From contig OZ234493.1 of NCBI GenBank assembly GCA_965153455.1, positions 5,084,001-5,148,000 on the forward strand: DNA of 64,000 bases. The letters are read 5' to 3'. Position 1 is the first letter of the stretch. Every line of letters begins with the position of its first letter. A model generated the notes under the pieces. The model made no database searches, was not told the origin of the DNA, and worked only from the letters and a program-made list of their open reading frames with translations. This DNA comes from Sphagnum compactum (taxonomy: Eukaryota). Shown here piece by piece: positions 52,252 through 64,000 of the stretch. The position numbers and the translations under genes are program-made.

Positions 52252-55200
52252 TACAAATGGTATTGTTCTTTTTGTTACTATTTTATATACAATATATGGT
52301 TTATTTGATTTCATTTTTTGCCAGAAATATTTTTTCAACTCAAGAGCTATTTTTAATAATTGTCCCAAGTTCAAAGTATAATTGGTTTCCAACATTTGTT
52401 TACTAATATCTTGAAATATCTTTTCTACCGATATCATTCACTTTGTGAAACTACAAATTCTTAAGGTTTTCTAAAAGGTGTAGTATTGATCATACTCGGC
52501 CACATTGTGTTCCATTCTTCTATTGATGTGAAAGATCCTTCATTTGTAATTTGTGCTTTCTATAACTGCTAAATTGTCCCTCCATTGTCTTCTTCAATTT
52601 CTCCTCCTCCCAATCTACAATACTTTTACTCTTCCATGGTTTTTTCTCTTGGAACACTTGGTCTTCTATGATTTGTTTTTGGTAACAACATTGACATCTA
52701 CCACATTTACATCTACAATGATTGTCTTAACCTTAGCTACCACTTTCCCTTGGAATATTTTCTACATCTTTACAAACTTTGGACAATTTGTCATCTTATG
52801 CCCATTTACACCATAGATGTGGCAAGCATACGAATTAGTTTTCTGATGCTTCTGAGGTTGATTGGTAGCCTCTATTGTTACTATAGTGGGCTCCTCCTTC
52901 TTCTTGACTGTACACATCTCCACATTGTGGTTGTTTCATCCACAGTTTATACAATGTTTGCTATTAATCTTTCCTAGTTCCATTTGTGGTTTCGTTGTTG
53001 CTGTAGATTTAGAAATATGTGGTACTGACAGTGCACTTTGAGCTTTTGCTAGTGTCATCCCTTCTTCACATAACAATGCCACTTCCATATGCAACTATAA
53101 CATGGTACTTCATTCTTGCATTTATAATCCTTATATAGGATTATAATCATGCCGAAAACACAATACTTAAAAAATTATTTATGGATGGTGTTTGTAATCC
53201 ATGAGCCAACTTCTGTATGCACTCATAGTACATTTCAATTCGCTCAATTTTTCTATGCTTGATATTTTTGAGCTCCATGTAAATTTGTTTGTCATTCTAT
53301 GTCTTTTGATGACGTTTACAAAATGCTAGAATTAATTAAAAAAAAGTGCAATCTGAAAATTTCAACATGTAATTATGACATTAATTTGATGTCATTTCCC
53401 TCAATGTCTACCTAAATACATTAATGATGTATTCCTCTGAGGTTTCTCCATTTACTTTAACAATTGCTTAAAACACCTTTACATGAGCATCTGGATTTGC
53501 ATCCTTCTTGTAATCTAAATACTTCAAAGCTAATCAATATGGTATGGCCATTAAGCCCCATGCTGCAATGTTCACCACCAATCCAGTTCTCTGTTGTTCA
53601 GATTTTAATGGAATCAGCAGTGGCCATCCCACATATTTGTTTGTTTGAATTGTTATGATTGATGTTGTATATATTGTCTAAGGTCGTGAAATGGGTATCA
53701 TTACCCAGCTTGCATGGATGTTTATAGATTTGGTATGTTCATCTTCCAACTTGAGTATTCATTGGTAGTTAATATGTGGCTTGACCATTCTCCAATTGAC
53801 TCCTTCTTCTTGATGGCTCAACCTCTTATATATGTTTATAGGTTACAATAGCTATTTCTGGCATCACATATCTAATCAATTGTTCTTGTGAGACAATAAT
53901 GGGTTGGTATCCCACCCATCAGCTTAAGCCTACTTGATGACGATGTGAACTCTCTGGATATCCTAACCTCCATTTGTACAACAGTCATCTATATTTTTTA
54001 TTGTATAGAATTTGGTCTTATAGAAAATGGTTCTATCCTACTCACTTTAAGAAAGTTGCACATTATTAATCAATTCTGTACAGATTGTGCTTCACTTAAA
54101 TTGATTTCTTGCAGCTTGTTTTTTAAACTATTATGGACTTGTTTTTAAATTTAATTTGTGGTTGTTCTACAAATCTTTATCTAACATTTGTTGTCCCACA
54201 TGTCTAACAAATCCATCCCTTACTTCACTATCGATTTGTGGACATCATGTGATAACGTGTCCTTTGACTCTACAAAAAACCCATATTCTAAAAAGAGTTT
54301 GAGCCAACCTGGCTTAATCTTCAGAATCATAACATATATGTTATGGAGTTCTCGTATCTTTTTTTATTTGTTTACTTCTATTGTTCGTCTGAAGTGGTAA
54401 TGCTTCCTTTAGAACAGTGACCTATGCATCATCATAAACAGAGGTTCTTGGGTAATTCGTATTTACCCACTTTGGAATATTAGGATTGTAGTTATCATCC
54501 ACATCCTAGTCTTCTATTGGTTCATGATATTCAAGTGATGTTGATTAGTATATTTGTGCATATGTTGTAATCACTCCATTAACTATTCACAGATTTTAGA
54601 CTTTTAGTATATTTGTGATGAATTTTCGTCCTTTGGATTTATCTCGTCCCCATGTTTTTGAATAGTAGATGGTGTTTGAAAAGCACGGATACCCCTTTCT
54701 CTTGGGTATACTTCACACCCAATCCCCCTCCCTAGAGATCGCCTTCTATGCCCAAGACATCTATGTAGACCCCCTGTCCATACTTCGATTTGTACTCCCA
54801 TCCCCACTAAAGACACCTGATGTCCTACAAGTCATTTTTCTATTTTGAAACTTCTGGGTTCCAAAATTTTACCCATGTTCAGTGTTTCATACACCTCTTG
54901 ATTTGCATTTCGATTTTCTTCCATGTCAGAATGCATGTTTTATCACTTGGCTTTTTGATCCATTTGCCTTTGCAAACTTTGAGTCACCATTTGATTCATA
55001 TAATTATGCAAATCTTAAATTCCCTTGGTTTCTTGGTGTACTTTCTAGCGTGAGTCCTTACACTTTCATTGCTTAAACCTTCATCTTTTGTTTGCCAAAA
55101 AATTTAGAAATTTAAATCTACCATAAAACAATATTTCCTCTTCCAATATTTTTTAATTTACAAAAAAAAATTCTTACAACAATTTTTCTTTTACTCAAAT

Positions 55201-58103
55201 TCTATTTCCCCTTGTAAAAACAAAATTTGTGGTTAAAATATAGTTAGATTATCAAAAAACTAAAACACAAGAGATAGAAAATAAAGTCCATGTTTCTTCA
55301 TCAAATACACACTTCTCTCTTTACTTAGAATTTAATCATATAAAAATTCTATAGTTTAAAAATACAAATCAGAACCAAAAACATGAAAAATCTATTGTTT
55401 CAAATACCAATTTTTTTTTGAATCATATTGTCTCTTTCTATCTAAATCTAGCAACTTTCCAAATCTTTCATGTGTAAAAACATTTATCTCCCTAACGATC
55501 ACCATATCCAGAATTACATCCTAGGTCACTTCCTTCCAAAAGAAATTCAAAATCAAAATGTTCAGCAATCTTAATCCTATCCAGCTCATTCACTGCTTTG
55601 TTTACTCATTCCCTACCATTATCCTGATTTATTCTACATTGGTTGATCACTACCATACATTAGGTAACAATGTGAAAATATGTTAGAATGCATTTAATTT
55701 AGCCCATATTTGATTTTAAACATTACAAAAACACCAACTTTGATGTTTCATATTTTATTGATACTTCTCCAAATTGAAAATTTTAAAATTTATTCTTAAA
55801 ATAATTTTAGTGATGTACACAATTAAATATATATTTTCCTCCAAAAATGTACATTAATTTGAATATATAGTTTTGATTTTTGTTATATTGAATTACATTT
55901 CAATGACAATTCCTTGGAAAAAAATTCAAGCACATGATTTATAAATGAATTTTTTTATGGCTATTATTTAATAATAGATTATTTATTTATTTATTGATTT
56001 CCCATATATTAATCCTTGATTTCATAGAAATTTTTTTTACATATAATTCTTATAGATGGATAATATATTAATCATTTTTATTAAAAATTTGATTTAAAAA
56101 ATTAGTTACTTATTTTTCTATGTTTTAAATTTTAATTATAAATATTTAATAATCTTGGATAATTAATTAATTTGATAGAATTTTAAGTTTTATATTTTTT
56201 CATCTATCATATATAAATTTTATCCAAAATTATGGTAAAAGTCTTATGATCAAATTAATGATATATTTTTTAGACATCTTAAACCTTTATTTGGTTAATA
56301 CATATATCATATTTATGATCATAATATGTTATAATTTATTAATAAATTATAATTTACATGTATAATATATAATTAAATAATCATCACATTTAATATTTAT
56401 AAATTTATTATAACAGAATTATATTTAATAAAAAATAGTAATTTGTCAATGCATAGTGTAAAATACCAATAAATGATTACACACAAGTTGATTATTAAAC
56501 AAATATTGTAATTCCAAAGATGCCACATATGTTTTAATCATCAAAATATTGTAAATGGAAAAGTCGTAAGGCCCCAATTGTCAAAACAATTATGATTAGT
56601 TGCAAAAACAATTAGGTTTTCATCCATGCAAAGATTCATTCATAATATTTGATGAAAAATATGCACTTTCATTTTATTTTTCCATCCAAACATGTAATCG
56701 TCACAAATTATAATCACATTTGCGACTTCATTTGATTACTAAAACCCTGTGACCAGGGAAAAAAACTCTCGATTAATTGAAGAAACTATTTAATGTCTAT
56801 TAAGATTCTCACAATTAAAAATAATGATTTTATTTTCATTTTATCTTCCTTTGATTTTTTATATTTAAATTAAATGAATAAAAATTCAAAATGATAGATA
56901 ATGTAATCTATTACTAAAAAAAATTGTATATGGTGTAATGCATAATGCATGATGTAAACATGTTTATCAAGTTCAATATTTTTTCTTCAATTTTTTTCAT
57001 AGAACTGCAAAATTCAACTAGTACAATGATGGTGAATAAATTCATATTCACATAATACCAATAAATCCCAATCCATGACTACATTTGTGATTCGGTTGGT
57101 AATCATTTAAGACATTATATGATTACATGATTGCATAGCCTACGATGAGAAAGTGTAGATCTAATTACCTACAACTACAATACCTAGGTAACTAGGTGTA
57201 CAAAAATCTAACTATGGTAATTTAGGGTAATTACACATAAGGTAGGTTAATTAGGTAGCTAGGATAATCATGTTCTAGGAGGCTATTAACATAGGTTTCC
57301 TAAAGTCTCTATGTGAAAGTTACATCAAAAAGATTTTTAAAAAAAATGGGGATCATTCGTCAAAGTTCAAAAGTTATGCACATGTATATATGTAGTTATT
57401 CGCAAATCCAAATTCTATTAACTATCCAAATTGTATGAAGACTATTTCAACTAACATGGAAATATTGTATACCCATAATTTTCATCAATGAATTGGTGAT
57501 ATGGAATTGTAATTTTTGGCAATTGGTAGCCAATAACATGACCCAAAATGCCATTAGCGACTTGTGTCTAGAATTGGTTTTTGTGCACATTTTCATTGCA
57601 AGTTCGAAAATCATTAGCACATGACTTGTTTTGTCATCATGTAAGTAATTGAAGCTTTGACACTCAAAAATAGAAAGAATCAAATGGTGACCCCTAGTGA
57701 CTCGAACATGGAATTGTATTGGTGGAGATTCCTTTTGTATGGCAAATAGCTTCACACATGAACAGTTGAAAGCAACTCAAAGCAAGTTTGATGTAAGTAG
57801 AATAGGTTTGAACTCAAAAGTGGCTATTACAATATTGAAGTCTATATGTCTCAAGTTGATGGCATCGACATCATGGCTATTAGGAATTCCCTAGTGTGAA
57901 ATCTTTGAAGAGATGTTACAAATTCGGGTTGTTTCGTTGGCACATGATTTATGTCTAGTAAATTGAATGGTTAATTTTTCTATAGAAGGTGTAGCCAGCC
58001 CAATTTTGAATAGATGCATTCAAAAAAGGTTTGGTAAATAATGTTAGACCAATTATAGGGACAAGTTGGAGCCAGTTGTCACAATAAAGGATGATATCCT
58101 CAT

Positions 58104-58390
58104 AATTCTACCCAACATGGAACCCACTAACAGCACCAAGGTGATGGCGGTGAAGACGAACTAAAAGTAAATCATAGTGGCCATGGGGTACAAAGGCATG
58201 ATGGCGCTAGTTTCCACTCTCCCATCATGGTGATGAACAATAATGGAAGGCAAATCCGCCTGTGACAAAAGCGTCTTGTATGAGAACACAATACCAACTT
58301 TCCCCCTTTCCCCCAAAAAGACAACAACTTCTCCCTAAAAGACATCTTGTACACCCATACAACCCAACACAACAACACCATTGTGAAATG
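58104..58390 (-). pseudogene. AMT2: Ammonium transporter (AMT2/MEP type) internal fragment
   Basis: VLLCWVVWVYKMSFREKLLSFWGKGG / LLSQADLPSIIVHHDGRVETSAIMPLYPMATMIYF*FVFTAITLVLLVGSMLGR matches plant AMT2 (CWVxWAYKMSFGEKLLPFWGK; PxYPMATMVYFQxVFAAITLILLAGSxLGR). One frameshift and one stop. Confidence 0.88.
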
Positions 58391-59477
58391 AGATCACCAC
58401 TCCTCCAAACACAACATAAGCAAAACACTCCATTTCAAATCTCTCGAGGCACAATTCATTGCCCTCGTGTAAATCTTGCAAACATACACCTATTGACAAT
58501 ATCAAAAGCACTATTAATTGAAAGAAAAAAAATGAAAAAACAAGCAAACAAACACACAAATAAACAAACACTCAAGCTTGCTTTCAAGGTTTTTAACTTT
58601 CAAATTGGCCTGTCACAAACATACAATTTCTCAAGGCAAATAATTCTTTCCATCTCTCAAGGCAGAAAATTCTTCCCAATCAAAAAAAAAAACGAAGAAA
58701 CATTCAATGTATTTGTAGCCAAAACAAATTATCATTCTATCAAAGCTGATTTTGATTTGTTTATGAATGCAATTTGTGAGTCTAGGCCAATTGAGAAACA
58801 GTGCATTGATATTCATTCCCATCAAAAGTTCAAAATAACATTGCTTGAAAGCAAACAATGAAAAAAAAGAAGAAGAATCCCAATCAAGGTATATTTCAAC
58901 TTTTGAAAATTGATCATTTATGTTATAAGAAATAAAATATTTACTTCAATTTTTAAAAAAAAATCCTAAAGAACCTTGCAATTTTCTTTTTTTCATATAG
59001 TTTTTTGGCGCTTTCCCTCTTTCAAATCCTATATAAGAGGGAAAAAAATATGTGACTAAAAATTTTGTGCAAGTTCAATATTTTTTTATATGAGAAGAGT
59101 TTGGAAAAATTTGACAATTTTTATTTTTATTTATAAAAAATGGATATTACAAAGTGTAAGATACATGTTGATCAATTGAGTGAATTTTACAAAATTATAA
59201 AGTCTAGTGAAAAGTTACTATTGAGGAGTTCAAAAAAATGGGTAGGTTCTTTATGTTGTTTTGAATATAAATCAATGGGTGAACTAACACCCAAACTACC
59301 AAAATAAAAATCAATTGGGTGGGAAGGAGGGAAGGGGAAGGCACTTCTACATGTTCTAAATATCCCATGCTTGGACATTTTCTAATTTTACAACATGAAT
59401 AAATTTGAAATTATGAGGTTATGGATATATATTACAATATGACTAAACTTGTATAATTGTAATTGAATATATAGATT

Positions 59478-62115
59478 GTAGAGAGCCTGATAAAAGTCTT
59501 GTTCTGCTTTTGTAAGCTCGCATTCCACAATTTACATGTTTGCAAAAGGCAATACTAAGATAGGCCTGCACAAAAATGATAACTCAACAAATTGTAATGT
59601 GACAAAGTTGCTACATGGATTCTTGAAAAAAAAATGTAATATTCACCCAAGTGTTCTATATTGTTGAGAAGAACATGGGACCATTAAAGAGTAATGATTG
59701 AATGTCTCCACTCGTTTCGCAACATTTGCCATCTTTGTCACAATTCTCCTTGGTACGTCGCGACATCAAAGGCCTTTAAATGGTTTGTAGTAGTTTCAAA
59801 CCCCTCACATCTCCATCCTCAAAAGGCTTTTGTACTAGTTTGTTCCACCTATACATCAGCAAAGTTGGCAACCAAGCCAAATACATGATCATGATTAGTT
59901 ACTTGATTGGAAAGAAGAACTCATCAATTTCTAAGTCCTAGCAACAATGCTCTTCAAGGGCCTAAAACCTAAAACTATTTATGACATCATGTAGTAGATA
60001 CATGAAATGAAAATAAATCTATTGCAAAACAAAATCAATGATCTCAAAGTTGAGGGATCGAAAAGAGGAATATTGAAGTCAAATCTTACCAACCATAATT
60101 ATTCCAAGGTTCAACATGCAGAAAATGAAGAAGGCTAAATATATCCTCTAGTTTGTTTTGTATCCCTCACATGCCTAAGTACAATAAGGTGAGAGAAATT
60201 ATCACTAAATTCAACAACCTTCTAACAACAACATGTATGATGTTGACCTGTTATTGTAACATACCCACTTATTGCATCAACTACTAGCAGTGGGTGGAGG
60301 TCAATATCATGCAGCAACCAACGTATTGAGTATCTTCACAAAACTGACAGTAATGATAGGACTCACATCATATTAGTTAGTTTCGAAAAATGAAAAGGAA
60401 GTAGAACTTCAAGAAAATGGAACACAAAAAGAGATAGGAAAAAAAAGATTGAAAAAAAGGGAAACGGGATGGAAAACCATAAGAGCATGATATTTTGAAG
60501 ACACTTGAAGCAATTTATGAAAGGCCATAACACACATAATACAATGATAGTTTGTTATTACCTAATATTCTCATGGAACCTATTTTAATGTCATACATAG
60601 CAGAAAACAACTCCCCTTCAAGTTGTGTAGAAGATTTTTAAATGACCTATTTATGGGAATGCACCTAGATTGGTGTACCAATAAGGTGGATTGGTGTACT
60701 AATAAGGCACTAATGGCGATTAGCTGTTAGTTGGAAAATAACTTGTGAGGCATTGGAGTGAAAAACCTTGATAATGTGGGCTTCATCCAATACCACCCTA
60801 TACAAATGTATAGAATGTAGTGGCCCTTCTTCCAAAAGATTCTGTAACACACATAATTGCCCCGTGCATCTAACAGTCATGCTCCTAGTACACAAAACTT
60901 GAAACTACAAATATATCTGTAGACAAGCAACTCTAAGGCCACATGTAGGAAAACAAAAGTGAATAAATTTATTGTAGCTCCTGCACAAGGGTAATAGAAA
61001 GTAGGACAATATGGTGTCATAGATGGCTCACAAGTTGGCTCCATTCATAAGCTAATACACCATAGTTGGTCAGGACAATATCATGGTTAGTGAAAACATT
61101 GCGTTCTTGAAAGTGATCATGTCTATAGTAAGCATAGGTCTAGACATCAGTCCTCCCACCACATGAGTCTCAAACTTTGTTTATAGCCCCCAAAATTGTC
61201 TATTGGTTCAAATTAAACCCATCTTGTTTGAAACACTGTCCTTTGTTTCCTCCTCATTACAAACAAGCTCCAATGTTTAGGAAAGCTACATGAACAATCG
61301 TGGTCATCATGAAGTTGTAGGTTTGCATGTGAAAGAAAGACTTTGATGGCTTGTCTGAAATTTCACCTTCCACTAGCCAAGCAGGGTCATTGGACAAACA
61401 ATGAGTGTGCCACCTCCATGTTGTGCATTGCTTTTTGATCTTTTTGAATCCTTGATTTGATTGGTCGATTGAATACTTGATTCCTCTTGCAAACACAATT
61501 GAAGAACACTTTGTGAATCGGGATCTTCTTGAGATGGTTTGGCAAGCTTAGGGAGATCCATTCCTCTACTAGAATAGGATGAGTGAAATTGTTATCATAG
61601 TCTTTCCAAGACCCATAACATCTGCAAGAATCTGAAAGAGAAAAGAAACATTTAGGTCACCTGCCTCCACAACTATACATGTTATCTTTCTCTCAAGTAA
61701 TGATTCAAAATATACACAATTGCCCAATTCACTTCCAAATATATTTAAAGATAAATTCAAGCATTAATGGCATTTTAAAGAGGCTAAAATAAGCATGAAA
61801 AATGTTAGATACCCTCACACATTGCTAATGAAAACTACCTTATCAAACCATGCAAGCATAGGAAGTAGGGTGTTGAAACATTCTCAGTGGAAGATATTAA
61901 ACAAGGAATTGCCATGTGTACAAACAAGGGTACCTTTACATTGCAATGTGTCTAATTGTTTGCACAAAGTGCAAAAGGAAGAAATACATGTTGATGAGTT
62001 TACATAGGAAAAGATGAAAGAGATTTTCACCCCTCCTTGTGCTATTTGTAGAGCACTTGGGAATTCCAGAGTTGTTTCACTAGAAAACACGTTGAAATAA
62101 AATGCAAGCTTTGAC
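59478..62115 (-). pseudogene. RAD5: RAD5-like SNF2 helicase fragment with introns retained (about 7 exons)
   Basis: FYFNVFSSETTLEFPSALQIAQGG (62031-62115) | ILADVMGLGKT..GGTLIVCPMTLLG*WK (61367-61631) | HDIVLTNYGVL (about 61035-61180) | RVVLDEAHIIK (about 60665-60842) | NKLEDIFSLLHFLHVEPW (about 60090-60160) | WNKLVQKPF..RGLKLLQTI*RPLMSRRTK (about 59727-59848) | PILVLP..ECELTKAEQDFYQALY. Stops, frameshifts and a 21-bp duplication. No HIRAN, RING or C-terminal helicase part. Confidence 0.92.
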
Positions 62116-64000
62116 CTACAGTCAAATGTACAAGAATGACTTCCATTGTAAATTGATGGAGAATATACGCAAGAACAAAAAAAATGTGTCTTTTCATACA
62201 ATTAGTCAAAGATGTGTTTTAAAAATGTGGCTTTGTTGAGATAAAATGCAAGCTCTAACCTACAGTCAAATGTACAAGAATGAAGTCCATTGTAAATTGA
62301 TGAAATGCGACTTCATTTGATTATACCAACACCATAATCACATATGTGATTACAATAGTCACATAATATATGATTACACACATTTACGACTAAAAAAACA
62401 TGTAGGACTAACTTAATTGTAATCATAAAAGTGGTTGATTTGAACAATAGTTAAATCTATAGTTGTAACCATATGGTTGGAATGGAAAAGATTTCTTTTA
62501 GTAAAGGCAAAACAAGTGAATTTAACATAGATAAGATCTTTGAGTTTTTTGGATAGCAAATAGTAATGAATATGAGATGCACACTCACATATGTTCAGTC
62601 TATTAACACATAATGGAATCAATTTTTTTCCAAAGTTGAAATTGAATGTATCATGTTGATTTTTATGATCATTTAGTATTACATGGTGAAGTCTAGCTAA
62701 AACTTAAATGAAACACCAATAAAGATTCAATAACCATCTTCATGAATTTTGCACTAGGATTGAACAAACATTTTGCAAGAAAACTTTTGAAGGACCTAAG
62801 TGGAAATTAGTAATAATAAATCTAATCAATTTCTCTATAATTCCTTCTAGATATTAAACTAGAAATCAAGAAATTTAGAAATATTTTCAAGTCTACTATA
62901 ATTTTTTGTCTTGTTTGAAGATTTTTAATTCAATCAATGGTTTTTTTTGGTAACTTTGTAAATTTGCCAAAATTTTAAAAGTAGATACTTCGAAACATTA
63001 GTGAATGCATTTTATGGAAGCTTTATATTCCCGATATAATTGATAATTGTATGGAAATTTTGATTCATTATCCCTAAAGGGTAAAAACGCACTAAACAAA
63101 GCCACAGTGGGCATGGACACCCTAAAAACAATGTGCCCCTACATCTTTGGAAAAAAACAATGGGAACACATTAACTTGGAATCTTCGTCTATTTTATAGC
63201 ACAAGTTTTATTATAATCAAAGTTTTAATTCAAAACATTTTAACCAAATCCAAGATGTTTCAAGAGTCTTTATGTATGATCAAAGGACTTTGAATAGTTT
63301 TGTGGACATGTAGTTATTTTTCTTGTCAAAAGTCCTTTTTCCTTACCAAATGTGTAGTAATAATGGGTACAAAATTGGAGAGGATGTTGATCTCAATATT
63401 TCAAATGGAAAAAATACATAAAAATTTTCGATTGAAATATTTATGTTTGTAATGTAATACCTTATTGTTGAAATTTGATGAAAGTGTTTTTTGCTTGGAA
63501 AAGAACAAATTTTGAAAATGTTCATTCACAAAACTTTTGCAAATTCCTGTGATAAACATGGAAACATCATATACAAAGGATTCATTAATTACAAAAATTC
63601 TAGAAGTTCCAATTTCATAGATGAAGAAAATAAATGGATGACATTGTTGAAAGTTGGATGGAAATGCCTATTGTTCGTTAGCCAAAATTGATTTTCAATG
63701 ATCGATATACCAAAAATTCAAATTATGAACCCTAGATAACCCCAAGCATTAGACTTAGATTCCTTTAATAATGCACTAGGACTACTGCTAGTTTGCTTCG
63801 ACATTAATGTTCGTGAGCTCCTGCCCATGGGGGCATTTGCTGCAATTGCCAGTGTTTACTCATCGTAGGCTTTTGCTTACACCTTTGCACTATTCGCCAC
63901 TTTGGGTGGTGATTTAATGTTGCAAATTCCTGCCTACAACTTTGTGCCATGGTGCACCTTGCAATGGAATGTCACAAGCTCATGCTCGTGTTTTTTCTCA

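Larger units (their letters stand above)
49260..55505 (-). mobile_element. Decayed Ty3/Gypsy retrotransposon, gag through the start of protease, interrupted by a CACTA element
   Basis: gag-like NGETSEEYIINVF..QIYMELKNIK..YYECIQKLAHGLQT (53190-53460); two CCHC-type knuckles CINCG*NNHNVEMC and CHIYGVNGHKMTNCP (52780-52960); TLNLGQLLKIA. The frame joins across the CACTA as TIPFV|VPKVATVIITIDNHMVVIQVQIGKNII. PBS-like TGGTGATCGTTAGGGAG near 55488-55504. Confidence 0.7.

Noticed and set aside
58262..58861. 199-aa plus-strand ORF, the longest in the track
   Set aside because: Antisense to the AMT2 fragment and low-complexity A-rich sequence; non-ATG start.
59478..62115. Functional RAD5 gene
   Set aside because: Stops in conserved motifs, damaged splice sites, and both ends missing.

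Overview
AT-rich, repeat-dense eukaryotic DNA, most likely a non-seed land plant. The repeat families look Sphagnum-like, but that is my recognition and not a search result. Only one gene looks intact: a 4-exon OPA3-like gene (17374-18776, +). The rest is nested, mostly decayed transposons: two solo LTRs, a chromodomain Ty3/Gypsy element, a second Gypsy gag remnant, a GCM-like/MULE/SWIM transposase relic, three CACTA elements (two with exact 3-bp TSDs), a young 326-bp Helitron, hAT-type MITEs, a CRE-like LINE tail and several tandem arrays. It also holds dead host-gene copies, all on the minus strand: two tandem intron-free clathrin heavy chain segments split by the Gypsy element, an AMT2 fragment, and an intron-retaining RAD5-like helicase fragment. 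I see no intact new multi-gene system. The best leads are the orphan tandem ORF cassette at 5.7-9.0 kb, the possible Pack-CACTA carrying AMT2 and RAD5, the intron-free clathrin tandem, and the G-tract Helitron. All homology calls come from manual translation and motif recall.
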